A DNA stretch of 64,000 bases from Alphaproteobacteria bacterium (lineage in GTDB: Bacteria > Pseudomonadota > Alphaproteobacteria > Paracaedibacterales > VGCI01), in assembly GCA_016870095.1 (NCBI GenBank), contig VGCI01000003.1, forward strand, positions 78,607 to 142,606. Direction: 5' to 3'. Of this stretch, positions 49,828-58,602 are shown in pieces. Under the pieces are notes generated by a model. That model did not search any database and was not told the origin of the DNA. It was given only the letters and a program-made list of their open reading frames with translations. Made by a program: the position numbers and the translations under genes. Numbering within the stretch: position 1 is the first letter of the stretch; each line of letters opens with the position of its first letter.

Positions 49828-50012
49828 TGTTTTCATCCTTATCATCTATTATGTCGCCTATAAATTATTATGAGCTAAGAGAATTAAAAAAATCTTAACT
49901 ATTTTAAATCTCTATTTTTTGGATATTTCATAAGGTTCTGAAAGGTATTCAATTCGCAAATAAACTTTTTCAAGTTTAGGAGCTGTGCCTGTTTGGAGAG
50001 CAACTTATTTAT

Positions 50013-50038
50013 AAAAAAAACCCCTCCGAAGGGAGGGG
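50013..50038 (-). terminator. Rho-independent terminator of the second WH2-protein gene
   Basis: Stem CCCCTCC (50021..50027), loop GAAG, stem GGAGGGG (50032..50038), followed on the minus strand by a T8 run (50013..50020). Near-identical design to the 48545..48570 terminator. Confidence 0.75.
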
Positions 50039-50063
50039 TATCTTACATAATTTAAATCTTAGT

Positions 50064-51005
50064 TTAATTACCGTTAGCGGCTGCGGCAGCAGCGGCTTCT
50101 CTTTTTGCTTTCATGGCGAGCGCAGCTTTCTGTATTTCGTTGATACTTGACCCTTGATCGGTGTTCGTTGCTGGTTTAGGTGTACCATTTGCAGATGGAG
50201 TGGGTAGAGAACCCAATCTGCGAGTAGGTGAAGTAGTATCGGGCGCTCCTACAGGATTTGCTGCAACTGGAGAAGTTGTTGCCTTAACATCTGTCTCATT
50301 TTTTTTAAGTTCTCTACCTTTTCGAATGTCAGCTAACAAATCTGCAGGTTGAGTTTTGTTTGCTGGAGAAGGTGCTGTTGCAGGTACTGCTGCTTTTGCA
50401 GAAGCTGGAGGTGGTGGCGGTGGCGGAGCAGGCGGCACATTAGATGGTGCAGTATTCACATCCGCTGGTGACGGAGCTGGTTCAGGCCTAAACATTGGTG
50501 TTGGGACTGGAGGTACAGCTGGAGCTCCGGCCGGAGCTGTTATTGCGGGAGTGGCAACATCCAATGCAACAGGGCATTTCTTCATTTGATCCGCAACGGC
50601 TTTAATCTTAGTGTCTAATAATTTATCTTTACTCGTATATTCTTTTGTGAGTTTTTTCCCTCTATAGTCTGATGCATTTTTAAATTGATCTATTTTACTT
50701 TGATTTGCTTTTTTTTCTTCTTCATAACCGAGTTTTTGTTTACTTAAATCATCATTTAATTTTTTCTTATCTACCAACTTATCGCAGTTAGCGAGAAGAA
50801 CATCCTTAATGATCGCATTATCACAATTTCTAGCACACTCATTCAGAGTTTTCGTCTTGTTTCCTACCACGTACTTATTACATCTTACTTTGCACTCTGC
50901 AGGGCTCCAAGCCACTGTATTCTGAGTGCCTAGACTCATAATTGTTAAAGTTCCCATAATTAAGCTAAGTGTGGAAACTCTGTTTTTGGAAATTAATTTT
51001 TGCAT
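50064..51005 (-). CDS. Exported WH2 / poly-proline protein, paralog of 48598..49827 lacking the acidic/Trp tail
   Basis: Track ORF 50064..51044. The ATG at 51005 (MQKLISKNRVSTLSLIMGTL...) has AAAGGA upstream. It shares the twin-CX3C domain with its neighbour. PPAPPPPPPP at aa 204-213 and WH2 ADLLADIRKGRELKKNE at aa 233-249, numbered on the 326-aa ORF. It ends ...EIQKAALAMKAKREAAAAAAANGN. Confidence 0.7.
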   Translation of the reverse strand: MQKLISKNRVSTLSLIMGTLTIMSLGTQNTVAWSPAECKVRCNKYVVGNKTKTLNECARNCDNAIIKDVLLANCDKLVDKKKLNDDLSKQKLGYEEEKKANQSKIDQFKNASDYRGKKLTKEYTSKDKLLDTKIKAVADQMKKCPVALDVATPAITAPAGAPAVPPVPTPMFRPEPAPSPADVNTAPSNVPPAPPPPPPPASAKAAVPATAPSPANKTQPADLLADIRKGRELKKNETDVKATTSPVAANPVGAPDTTSPTRRLGSLPTPSANGTPKPATNTDQGSSINEIQKAALAMKAKREAAAAAAANGN

Positions 51006-51221
51006 TTTTTTATCCTTTAAATTATATAAACAATACAAATTCATTGTAATTATTAAATAATTAAAAAAATATTAAAAATATATATTAAAAAAATTTTTGA
51101 AATTAACAATTATTAGAATGTCTATAAATTAATATTATTTTAAGATTTTTCATGGAACATAGAATTATAGGTTAGATTTACTAAAAGTTTACAAACTCTC
51201 AAAATAGTTTGGCAAAATAAA

Positions 51222-52754
51222 ATGCAAAAAATTCTGAACCAGCTCGAAGAAAAACGCAAAGCTTGTTATTTAGGGGGCGGCCAGGAGCGTATTGATCGTC
51301 AACATGGTAAGGGAAAATTGACCGCACGCGAACGTTTAGATATTCTTTTAGATGAGGGATCGTTTGAAGAGTGGGGGCTTTTTGTTGAGCATCGATCTCA
51401 AGATTTTGGGTTGGATAAACTAACCATTCCGGGAGACGGAGTGGTGACTGGTTATGGCACTATTAATGGCAGGCTGGTGTTCGTATTTTCCCAAGACTTT
51501 ACCGTTTTTGGTGGCTCATTAGGCGAAGCCCACGCCGAAAAAATTGCCAAAATTATGGACAAGGCCATACAAGTGGGAGCTCCCCTTATTGGGTTAAACG
51601 ATTCTGGAGGGGCGCGCATTCAAGAAGGTGTCGATTCTCTTGCAGGTTATGCAGAAGTTTTTCAACGAAATGTTTTGGCCTCTGGCGTGATCCCCCAACT
51701 ATCTTTAATTATGGGGCCGTGCGCAGGGGGTGCTGTCTATTCACCCGCGATGACAGATTTTATTTTTATGGTAAAACAGACAGCCTACATGTTTGTGACA
51801 GGTCCCGATGTTGTCAAAACTGTAACTAACGAGACCGTTAGCGCAGAAGATTTAGGAGGTGCTAAAGTTCATACGACCCAATCCGGCGTTGCCGATTTGG
51901 CGCCTCCAAATGATATAGATGCTCTTATGCAAGCGCGTCGATTGATCGATTTTTTGCCGCTTTCAAATCGGGAATCTCCGCCCCTTCGTAAAACGTCAGA
52001 TGCGCCAAATCGTCTCGATCCGGCACTGGATACCTTGATTCCCCCTAATCCAAATCTTCCCTATGACATGAGGGAGCTCATCCATAGCGTGCTTGATGAT
52101 GGAGATTTCTTTGAAATGCAGCCTGAATTTGCGCCCAATATTCTCATTGGATTTGGTCGCATGGATGGTCGATCGGTAGGTATTGTTGCTAATCAGCCTA
52201 TGGTTTTAGCAGGCTGTTTGGATATTAATGCATCTCGAAAGGCGGCTCGATTCGTTCGGTTTTGCGATTGTTTTAACATTCCCTTGCTAACCTTCGTCGA
52301 TGTGCCGGGATTCTTACCCGGTATTGAACAGGAGCAGGGCGGTATCATTAAACACGGGGCAAAATTATTATTTGCTTTTGCTGAAGCAACGGTTCCTAAA
52401 GTCACACTTATTACACGGAAGGCTTACGGGGGGGCTTATGATGTTATGAGCTCAAAGCATATTCGCGCAGATGTCAATTTCGCGTGGCCAACGTCAGAAA
52501 TTGCCGTTATGGGCCCTAAGGGTGCTGTAGAGATTATTTTTCGTGGGGATTTAAGTTCGCCTGAAAGCATGGCGTGCCGCGAGGAAGAATACCGAGATAA
52601 GTTTGCAAATCCCTTGATTGCAGCCCATCGTGGATTTATTGATGATATTATTCAACCACGAGAAACACGATTGCGAATGTGCCGTTCCTTAGACATGTTG
52701 GCGAATAAAACACTTGTCAATCCGTCAAAGAAGCACGACAATATCCCATTATGA
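51222..52754 (+). CDS. pccB: Propionyl-CoA carboxylase beta chain (carboxyltransferase)
   Basis: 510 aa. N-terminus [33 protein letters not shown] is typical of PccB and the methylmalonyl-CoA carboxyltransferase 12S subunit. Partnered with pccA downstream, and mce is in the same window. Confidence 0.88.
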   Translation: MQKILNQLEEKRKACYLGGGQERIDRQHGKGKLTARERLDILLDEGSFEEWGLFVEHRSQDFGLDKLTIPGDGVVTGYGTINGRLVFVFSQDFTVFGGSLGEAHAEKIAKIMDKAIQVGAPLIGLNDSGGARIQEGVDSLAGYAEVFQRNVLASGVIPQLSLIMGPCAGGAVYSPAMTDFIFMVKQTAYMFVTGPDVVKTVTNETVSAEDLGGAKVHTTQSGVADLAPPNDIDALMQARRLIDFLPLSNRESPPLRKTSDAPNRLDPALDTLIPPNPNLPYDMRELIHSVLDDGDFFEMQPEFAPNILIGFGRMDGRSVGIVANQPMVLAGCLDINASRKAARFVRFCDCFNIPLLTFVDVPGFLPGIEQEQGGIIKHGAKLLFAFAEATVPKVTLITRKAYGGAYDVMSSKHIRADVNFAWPTSEIAVMGPKGAVEIIFRGDLSSPESMACREEEYRDKFANPLIAAHRGFIDDIIQPRETRLRMCRSLDMLANKTLVNPSKKHDNIPL

Positions 52755-52894
52755 CTCTCTCACAAAGCACAAGAGTGTCAGTTTAGGCATTAGAAGTTTT
52801 AAGGAACTTCATATCAGACTTAGCTGGCAAATAGGAAGCTGTGACTGAGACGGTTTTTTGGGAACATAAATTGAAATGTTAGGGAGATAACCAA

Positions 52895-53227
52895 ATGGAT
52901 AAAGAAGCACAAGTCAGAGAACGTGTTCGTGAATTACGGGTATATTATACCAATCTGGTCGTTTATGCAGGAGTAACAGCCGGATGTATTCTGGTTTGGT
53001 TGCTCAATGGTGCTGGTGCCTTTTGGCCTATTTGGCCCATTATGGCTTTTGGAATTGCTGCTGCTTTACAAGGCGCGCGTCTTGGACAATTAAAAGCTCT
53101 AGAAGAATGGTTCCCTTTTTTAAGTCCAGAGTGGGAAGAAAATCAGGTTAAGACACTCATTAAGGGACGTAAAGAAGATAAAAAATCAAAGCCCACTGGA
53201 AAATTAACTGACGATATGAACGATTAA
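52895..53227 (+). CDS. Small 2TM-domain membrane protein
   Basis: 110 aa with two adjacent hydrophobic helices (LVVYAGVTAGCILVWLL / FWPIWPIMAFGIAAAL) and a K-rich tail. Located between pccB and pccA. Confidence 0.55.
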   Translation: MDKEAQVRERVRELRVYYTNLVVYAGVTAGCILVWLLNGAGAFWPIWPIMAFGIAAALQGARLGQLKALEEWFPFLSPEWEENQVKTLIKGRKEDKKSKPTGKLTDDMND

Positions 53228-53232
53228 GTTTC

Positions 53233-55152
53233 TTGTTTAGCAAGATTCTGATTGCAAATCGGGGGGAGATTGCTTGCCGGATCATGCGCACATGTCGGCA
53301 AATGGGTATTGGTACGGTCGCCATTTACTCCCAAGCAGACTCAAGAGCTCTACATACACATTCGGCTGATGAGTCCTATCTCATTGGCCCACCTACCCCC
53401 AGTCAAAGTTATCTTAATGCACAAATTATAATTGAAACGGCTTTAGCCGCTGGGGCTCAAGCCATTCATCCTGGGTATGGTTTTTTATCAGAAAATGCAG
53501 ATTTTGCAAAAGCGGTTGAAGAGGCAGGCCTCACGTTTATTGGCCCTCTCTCACGTGTTATTCGGATCATGGGTGATAAACTTCAAGCTAAAACTTTAGC
53601 TCGCCAGGCCGGTGTATCCATTTTGCCGGGTAGTGAAAGTGCAGTGACCACTAAAGATGAGGTTCAACGTTATGCAGATCTCGTTGGCTACCCTTTGTTG
53701 TTAAAAGCAGCAGCGGGGGGTGGCGGCAAAGGTATGCGGATTGTCTATGACGAAAGTCAGATAAACGATAATTTAAATCATGCTATGCATGAAGCTTTTT
53801 CAAGCTTTGGGGATGGGCGGGTATTTGTTGAAAAATATGTGCAATCTCCTCGGCATATCGAAATTCAAATTTTAGGAGACCATCAGGGAAATATTGTCCA
53901 TTTGGGGGAGCGGGATTGCTCCCTTCAAAGGCGCCATCAAAAAGTTATTGAAGAAACTCCCAGTTGTTTTATTACGGCGGATGTGCGCCAAAGGATGGTC
54001 GATCAAGCAATCTCTTTAGCTCGTCAAGTGGGATATACGTCTGCTGGAACGATAGAGTTTATGGTTGCGCCCAATAAGGAATTCTATTTCCTTGAAATGA
54101 ATACACGACTTCAAGTTGAACATCCAATTACAGAAATGGTCACAGGTCTTGATCTTGTTGAACAAATGATTCGTATTGCAGCAGGAGAACCTTTATCTTT
54201 TTCTCAAAGCCAAATTACATTCACAGGTCATGCGATTGAAGCCCGCCTATACGCTGAAGATTCCTGGCAAGGCTTTTTGCCATCGAGTGGTCGAGTTACA
54301 CAATTCATTCCTCCAGTGCTTTCAGACAATCTACGCTTGGATACGGGAATAGAAGCGGGGTCAGAAATTAGTATTTATTATGATCCCATGATTGCAAAAC
54401 TCATTGCATGGGCTCCTAAGCGCCATGAGGCCATTAAAAACTTGAAGCAGGGATTGACACAATTTATTATTGAAGGACCGGTCCATAACACGGGGTTTTT
54501 AGAGCAGCTCCTCCATCAACAAAAAGTAAAAGATGGAGACTATTCTACTCACTTTATAGAAAAAGAGATGAGCCAGAACATACCAGACTGTCAGAAAAAT
54601 TTGGTATCGGCAATTGCCGTCATGATCTATCAGAAAATTTATGTACATGATATTTCATCTGAATGGATTGTGGTGGAAAACGGGCAGGGAACTCTTGTTA
54701 AAATTCAAGATCATTTTATTTGTGTAGGAGAATATAAGACCGAGTTGTATCTTGACTGGGAACCTAAAGAAAAATTGTTTGTTGTGAAAAGTCCTGAAGA
54801 AACTTTTTCCGGCAAAGTGCAGATTACAGGCATAAACTTGACTATTAGTCTTTTTGGCTTTGAATATAAGGTTCAAATTATGCGTCCCAAAACCTGGGAC
54901 TTATATTCACATGTTCAGCCCCCGAAGGCCGTGCCAGATAATCTCCTAGTGAAAGCTCCTATGCCGGGCATTTTGATTTCAATGCCTATAACAACAGGAG
55001 ATCGCGTCAAATTGGGCCAGACTCTCCTTGTTATTGAGGCTATGAAAATGGAAAATGTCATTAAAGCGCCGACACAAGGGGTCGTGAGGGAAGTCTTTGT
55101 TCGTGTCGGCGATACTCTTCTACGAGATCAAATCCTTATAAAACTTGTTTAG
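53233..55152 (+). CDS. pccA: Propionyl-CoA carboxylase alpha chain (biotin carboxylase + BCCP domain)
   Basis: TTG start. N-terminus KILIANRGEIACRI, ATP-grasp GGGGKGMR, and C-terminal biotinylation motif EAMKMEN. Confidence 0.88.
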   Translation: MFSKILIANRGEIACRIMRTCRQMGIGTVAIYSQADSRALHTHSADESYLIGPPTPSQSYLNAQIIIETALAAGAQAIHPGYGFLSENADFAKAVEEAGLTFIGPLSRVIRIMGDKLQAKTLARQAGVSILPGSESAVTTKDEVQRYADLVGYPLLLKAAAGGGGKGMRIVYDESQINDNLNHAMHEAFSSFGDGRVFVEKYVQSPRHIEIQILGDHQGNIVHLGERDCSLQRRHQKVIEETPSCFITADVRQRMVDQAISLARQVGYTSAGTIEFMVAPNKEFYFLEMNTRLQVEHPITEMVTGLDLVEQMIRIAAGEPLSFSQSQITFTGHAIEARLYAEDSWQGFLPSSGRVTQFIPPVLSDNLRLDTGIEAGSEISIYYDPMIAKLIAWAPKRHEAIKNLKQGLTQFIIEGPVHNTGFLEQLLHQQKVKDGDYSTHFIEKEMSQNIPDCQKNLVSAIAVMIYQKIYVHDISSEWIVVENGQGTLVKIQDHFICVGEYKTELYLDWEPKEKLFVVKSPEETFSGKVQITGINLTISLFGFEYKVQIMRPKTWDLYSHVQPPKAVPDNLLVKAPMPGILISMPITTGDRVKLGQTLLVIEAMKMENVIKAPTQGVVREVFVRVGDTLLRDQILIKLV

Positions 55153-55300
55153 CATAGCTTTTTTCCAATGAATCTCTCCCCTTTTTTGTTTAAAATACAA
55201 GCTCATGTGTGATATGGTTTTGACAGTTTTAAAGTAACGCAAAAGTTACCCTAGGTGTGGTGAAAAGACTGATAATTTGAGCAAGGGGATATCCATAAAA

Positions 55301-56320
55301 ATGGCTGACGAACGTTTCTATCAAAAATCTGGACCTTACACTGTACAGGATATTGCCGTCATTTGTGGAATTGAATTAACTCCAAATGTAGATGGCAATC
55401 AAGTTATTACAGATGTTTCTCCTTTGCATAAAGCTGGTTTTGGGCATATTAGTTGTTTTCATAACCCCAAATATCTAGAGCAATTTAAAGTTACAAAAGC
55501 TTCGGTATGTTTGGTGGCATCTGAGTATGCTAAATATGCCCCTAAAAACCTTGTCGTGCTGATAACCCCCAAGCCATACCGGGCTTATGGACAGGTAGCA
55601 GCCCTTTTTTACCCTCCTATTAAGAAAATGGGGGGGATTTCATCTCAAGCAGCAATTCATTCGACTGCAAAAATAGGCAAAAATTGTTATATTGGTCCTT
55701 TTGCCGTCATTGAGGAAAATGTTCAGATTGGTGATGGTTGCGAAATTGGTGCCAATTCTTTTATTGAAGCAAATGTTGAACTGGGTGCTGAATGCAGAAT
55801 TTCCACACATGTTTCCATAAGCCATGCGCTGCTCGGAAAGCGGGTAGTCGTGAAATCTGGTGCTCGAATTGGTCAAAAAGGTTTTGGTTTTCATATGGAT
55901 GAAGATGGCCACTTAAATATTCCCCAACTTGGACGTGTTGTTATTGGTGATGATGTAGAAATTGGTTCAAATACGACAATTGATAGAGGAGCAGAAACAG
56001 ATACGTTTATCGGATGCGGCACACGAATTGATAATCTTGTCCAAATTGCTCACAATGTACAAATTGGTGAAAATTGTGTTATCGTTGCCCAATGTGGAAT
56101 TGCAGGGAGTACGCAGCTCGGTAGGTTCGTTATTGCTGCAGGTCAAGTTGGTATTGCGGGTCACCTTGTTATTGGTGATGGAGTCAAAATTGCAGCAAAA
56201 AGCGGTGTCTACAGCAATATTGAAAAAGGTCTGACTGTTGGTGGCTTCCCAAGTATACCTATTCGAGATTGGCATCGTCAAAGCGTGGCATTAAAAAAAC
56301 TTGTTAATAAGGGAAAATAA
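55301..56320 (+). CDS. lpxD: UDP-3-O-acylglucosamine N-acyltransferase
   Basis: Left-handed beta-helix hexapeptide repeats (IGDGCEIGANSFI, IGDDVEIGSNTTIDRG) and LpxD-type length. ATG at 55301 is preferred over the TTG at 55277. Confidence 0.92.
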   Translation: MADERFYQKSGPYTVQDIAVICGIELTPNVDGNQVITDVSPLHKAGFGHISCFHNPKYLEQFKVTKASVCLVASEYAKYAPKNLVVLITPKPYRAYGQVAALFYPPIKKMGGISSQAAIHSTAKIGKNCYIGPFAVIEENVQIGDGCEIGANSFIEANVELGAECRISTHVSISHALLGKRVVVKSGARIGQKGFGFHMDEDGHLNIPQLGRVVIGDDVEIGSNTTIDRGAETDTFIGCGTRIDNLVQIAHNVQIGENCVIVAQCGIAGSTQLGRFVIAAGQVGIAGHLVIGDGVKIAAKSGVYSNIEKGLTVGGFPSIPIRDWHRQSVALKKLVNKGK

Positions 56321-56326
56321 AGAAAA

Positions 56327-56830
56327 ATGACTCAATCTTCTGTTATCATTCATAATTTTCAAAAGGAAGATCAAACCATGAAAGATGTAAAGTCTTCTAA
56401 CGTTGCTCATATCGAAGAAATAATGTCTCTTATTCCGCATCGTTACCCCATGCTACTCATCGATCGCGTTGAGGACATTGAACCCGGAGAGTCGGCGGTA
56501 GGAGTTAAAAATGTTTCATTAAATGAATGGTATTTTCAAGGACATTTCCCTGGCAGGCCGATATTGCCAGGTGTATTAATCGTTGAAGCTATGGCGCAAA
56601 CTGCTGCTGTCGCAGTCATGAGAAATATCAGTGGAAATGATAAAAGTGTTTTCTTTATGTCTATTGATGAAGCTAAATTTCGCAAACCCGTCGTCCCGGG
56701 AGATGTCTTAAAATTAAAAGTTACAAAAGAAAGAAGTCGGGGTACTGTTTGGAAATTTAAAGGTGAAGCTACCGTTGATGGCACATTAGTTGCTGAAGCT
56801 AGTGTTACAGCAATGATTGGGGATAAGTAA
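56327..56830 (+). CDS. fabZ: 3-hydroxyacyl-ACP dehydratase FabZ
   Basis: [14 protein letters not shown] and [22 protein letters not shown] motifs. The start may be the internal Met at 56378. Confidence 0.93.
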   Translation: MTQSSVIIHNFQKEDQTMKDVKSSNVAHIEEIMSLIPHRYPMLLIDRVEDIEPGESAVGVKNVSLNEWYFQGHFPGRPILPGVLIVEAMAQTAAVAVMRNISGNDKSVFFMSIDEAKFRKPVVPGDVLKLKVTKERSRGTVWKFKGEATVDGTLVAEASVTAMIGDK

Positions 56831-56932
56831 CACTTTGTAACATTCCATTGTTTGCCCTCAATTCATTGTTGAGACATCCTATATATATGCAACAAATTCA
56901 CTGCCCTCATTTTACTATTGGGAACTGTTATT

Positions 56933-57733
56933 ATGAATCAAATTCATCCTTCTGCAATTATTGATAGCAAAGCTCAACTGGGCACAGGAATAGAAATTGG
57001 TCCATTTTGTTATGTAGGACCTGAAGTTATTATTGGTGATAATGTTCATTTAGTCTCGCATGTTACGATTTCTGGGCGAACAGAGATCGGGGCGAATTGT
57101 AAGTTTTATCCTTTTTCCTCCATTGGTCATTACCCCCAAGATTTAAAATATAATGGTGAACCTTCGCAGCTTTTTATTGGGGTGAATAATACTATTCGCG
57201 AGTATGTGACCATCCAGCCAGGAACAGAAGGGGGAGGCATGGTTACAAAAGTTGGTGATAATAATCTATTTATGGCTTCTGCCCATGTCGCTCACGACTG
57301 TCGAGTCGGAAATAACGTCATTATGGCAAATTGTGCAACCTTAGGAGGACACGTCACCCTTGAAGATTATGCTTTCGTTGGAGGTTTAGCCGCTGTTCAT
57401 CAATTTGTCCGCGTTGGGGCACATTCCATTATTGGTGGTTTGTCTGCTGTTGTGCAGGATGTCATTCCCTATGGACATGTAAAAGGAGAGCGGGCCCATC
57501 TTGCTGGGCTCAATTTAGTTGGGCTAAAGCGTCGAGGTTTTTCAACGGCAACTATTCAAGAACTTCGCAGTGCTTACGACGATTTATTTGATGTCGCTAC
57601 ACCATCTTTATCAGAGCGAATTGAGGTTGTTGCAAAGAAATATACTCAAAATGAAGACGTTATGCAACTTATTGGGTTTATCAAACAAGAGTCTCGCCGA
57701 AGTCTTTGTTTACCTGAATCTATGGCAGGTTAA
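56933..57733 (+). CDS. lpxA: Acyl-ACP--UDP-N-acetylglucosamine O-acyltransferase
   Basis: MNQIHPSAIID N-terminus, hexapeptide repeats and a C-terminal helical domain. The track start at 56918 is five codons upstream. Confidence 0.93.
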   Translation: MNQIHPSAIIDSKAQLGTGIEIGPFCYVGPEVIIGDNVHLVSHVTISGRTEIGANCKFYPFSSIGHYPQDLKYNGEPSQLFIGVNNTIREYVTIQPGTEGGGMVTKVGDNNLFMASAHVAHDCRVGNNVIMANCATLGGHVTLEDYAFVGGLAAVHQFVRVGAHSIIGGLSAVVQDVIPYGHVKGERAHLAGLNLVGLKRRGFSTATIQELRSAYDDLFDVATPSLSERIEVVAKKYTQNEDVMQLIGFIKQESRRSLCLPESMAG

Positions 57734-57738
57734 ACGTC

Positions 57739-58602
57739 GTGGCTCGTATCCTTGCTCTTTTTGCAGGTCAGGGAGATCTTCCCTCTAAAATCATCCATGA
57801 GTGTCATGCAAAAGGTCTGCCTCTTTTCCTTATTGCTTTTGAAGGACAAACAGATCCAGATCTTATCGATCAAAATCAATCTCTTATTCTGGGCCATATT
57901 TGGATTCATTTTGGAGCCATTGGTAAAATGCTGAATTATATGAAAACCAATAAAGTTACTCATATTATTATGGCGGGTAGTATGCGTCGACCGGCTTGGT
58001 CGGAGCTCAAACCTGATTGGAAAGCCGCCCAATGGCTTACAAGGATAAGTCTTACAAAGTTGGCAGGTGCTAAACTTGCGATAAGTGCTGCGGGTGATGA
58101 TGGTTTATTAAAAACGATTATGACTTTTTTGCGCGAAGAAGGGTTTGAATTTATGAGTTCTGCAGACATTCTTGACAATCTTTTGGCACCTGAAGGAGTT
58201 ATGGGAATGTACGAACCTAACGAAACAGACTGGCAAAATATAACACGGGGAAAAGAAGTTATTCATCTTTTAGGAGCTGGAGATATTGGCCAAGCTGTGG
58301 TGGTTCAAGAAGACCTCGTTTTGGGAGTTGAAGCTATTGAAGGAACAGAAGGATTGCTTTCCCGTTGTGGGTTGCTTCGGCGTGAAGGTCGTGGGGGGGT
58401 TTTGATTAAAATGGCGAAGCCGAACCAAAGCCGCATGGCCGACTTGCCTACCATTGGTGTTGCCACTATTCATCAAGCACAAGCTGCGGGTTTATCGGGT
58501 ATAGCTATAGAGGCTGGATCAACTCAAATCCTAGATCAAAATGCGGTTATAGCAGCTGCAGATAAAGCAGGTCTCTTTCTCATTGGTGTTACATATTCAT
58601 GA
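57739..58602 (+). CDS. lpxI: UDP-2,3-diacylglucosamine diphosphatase LpxI (DUF1009)
   Basis: 287 aa between lpxA and lpxB, the alphaproteobacterial LpxI position. Motif MADLPTIGVATI. GTG start. Confidence 0.85.
   Translation: MARILALFAGQGDLPSKIIHECHAKGLPLFLIAFEGQTDPDLIDQNQSLILGHIWIHFGAIGKMLNYMKTNKVTHIIMAGSMRRPAWSELKPDWKAAQWLTRISLTKLAGAKLAISAAGDDGLLKTIMTFLREEGFEFMSSADILDNLLAPEGVMGMYEPNETDWQNITRGKEVIHLLGAGDIGQAVVVQEDLVLGVEAIEGTEGLLSRCGLLRREGRGGVLIKMAKPNQSRMADLPTIGVATIHQAQAAGLSGIAIEAGSTQILDQNAVIAAADKAGLFLIGVTYS

Noticed and set aside
50161-50589. Two plus-strand ORFs (63 and 77 aa) encoding Gly/Ala-rich peptides, e.g. AEAGGGGGGGAGG
   Set aside because: They are the reverse-complement reading of the Pro/Ala-rich coding region of the minus-strand WH2 paralog (CCN codons read as GGN). 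The minus-strand frame is long, has a signal peptide and paralog support.
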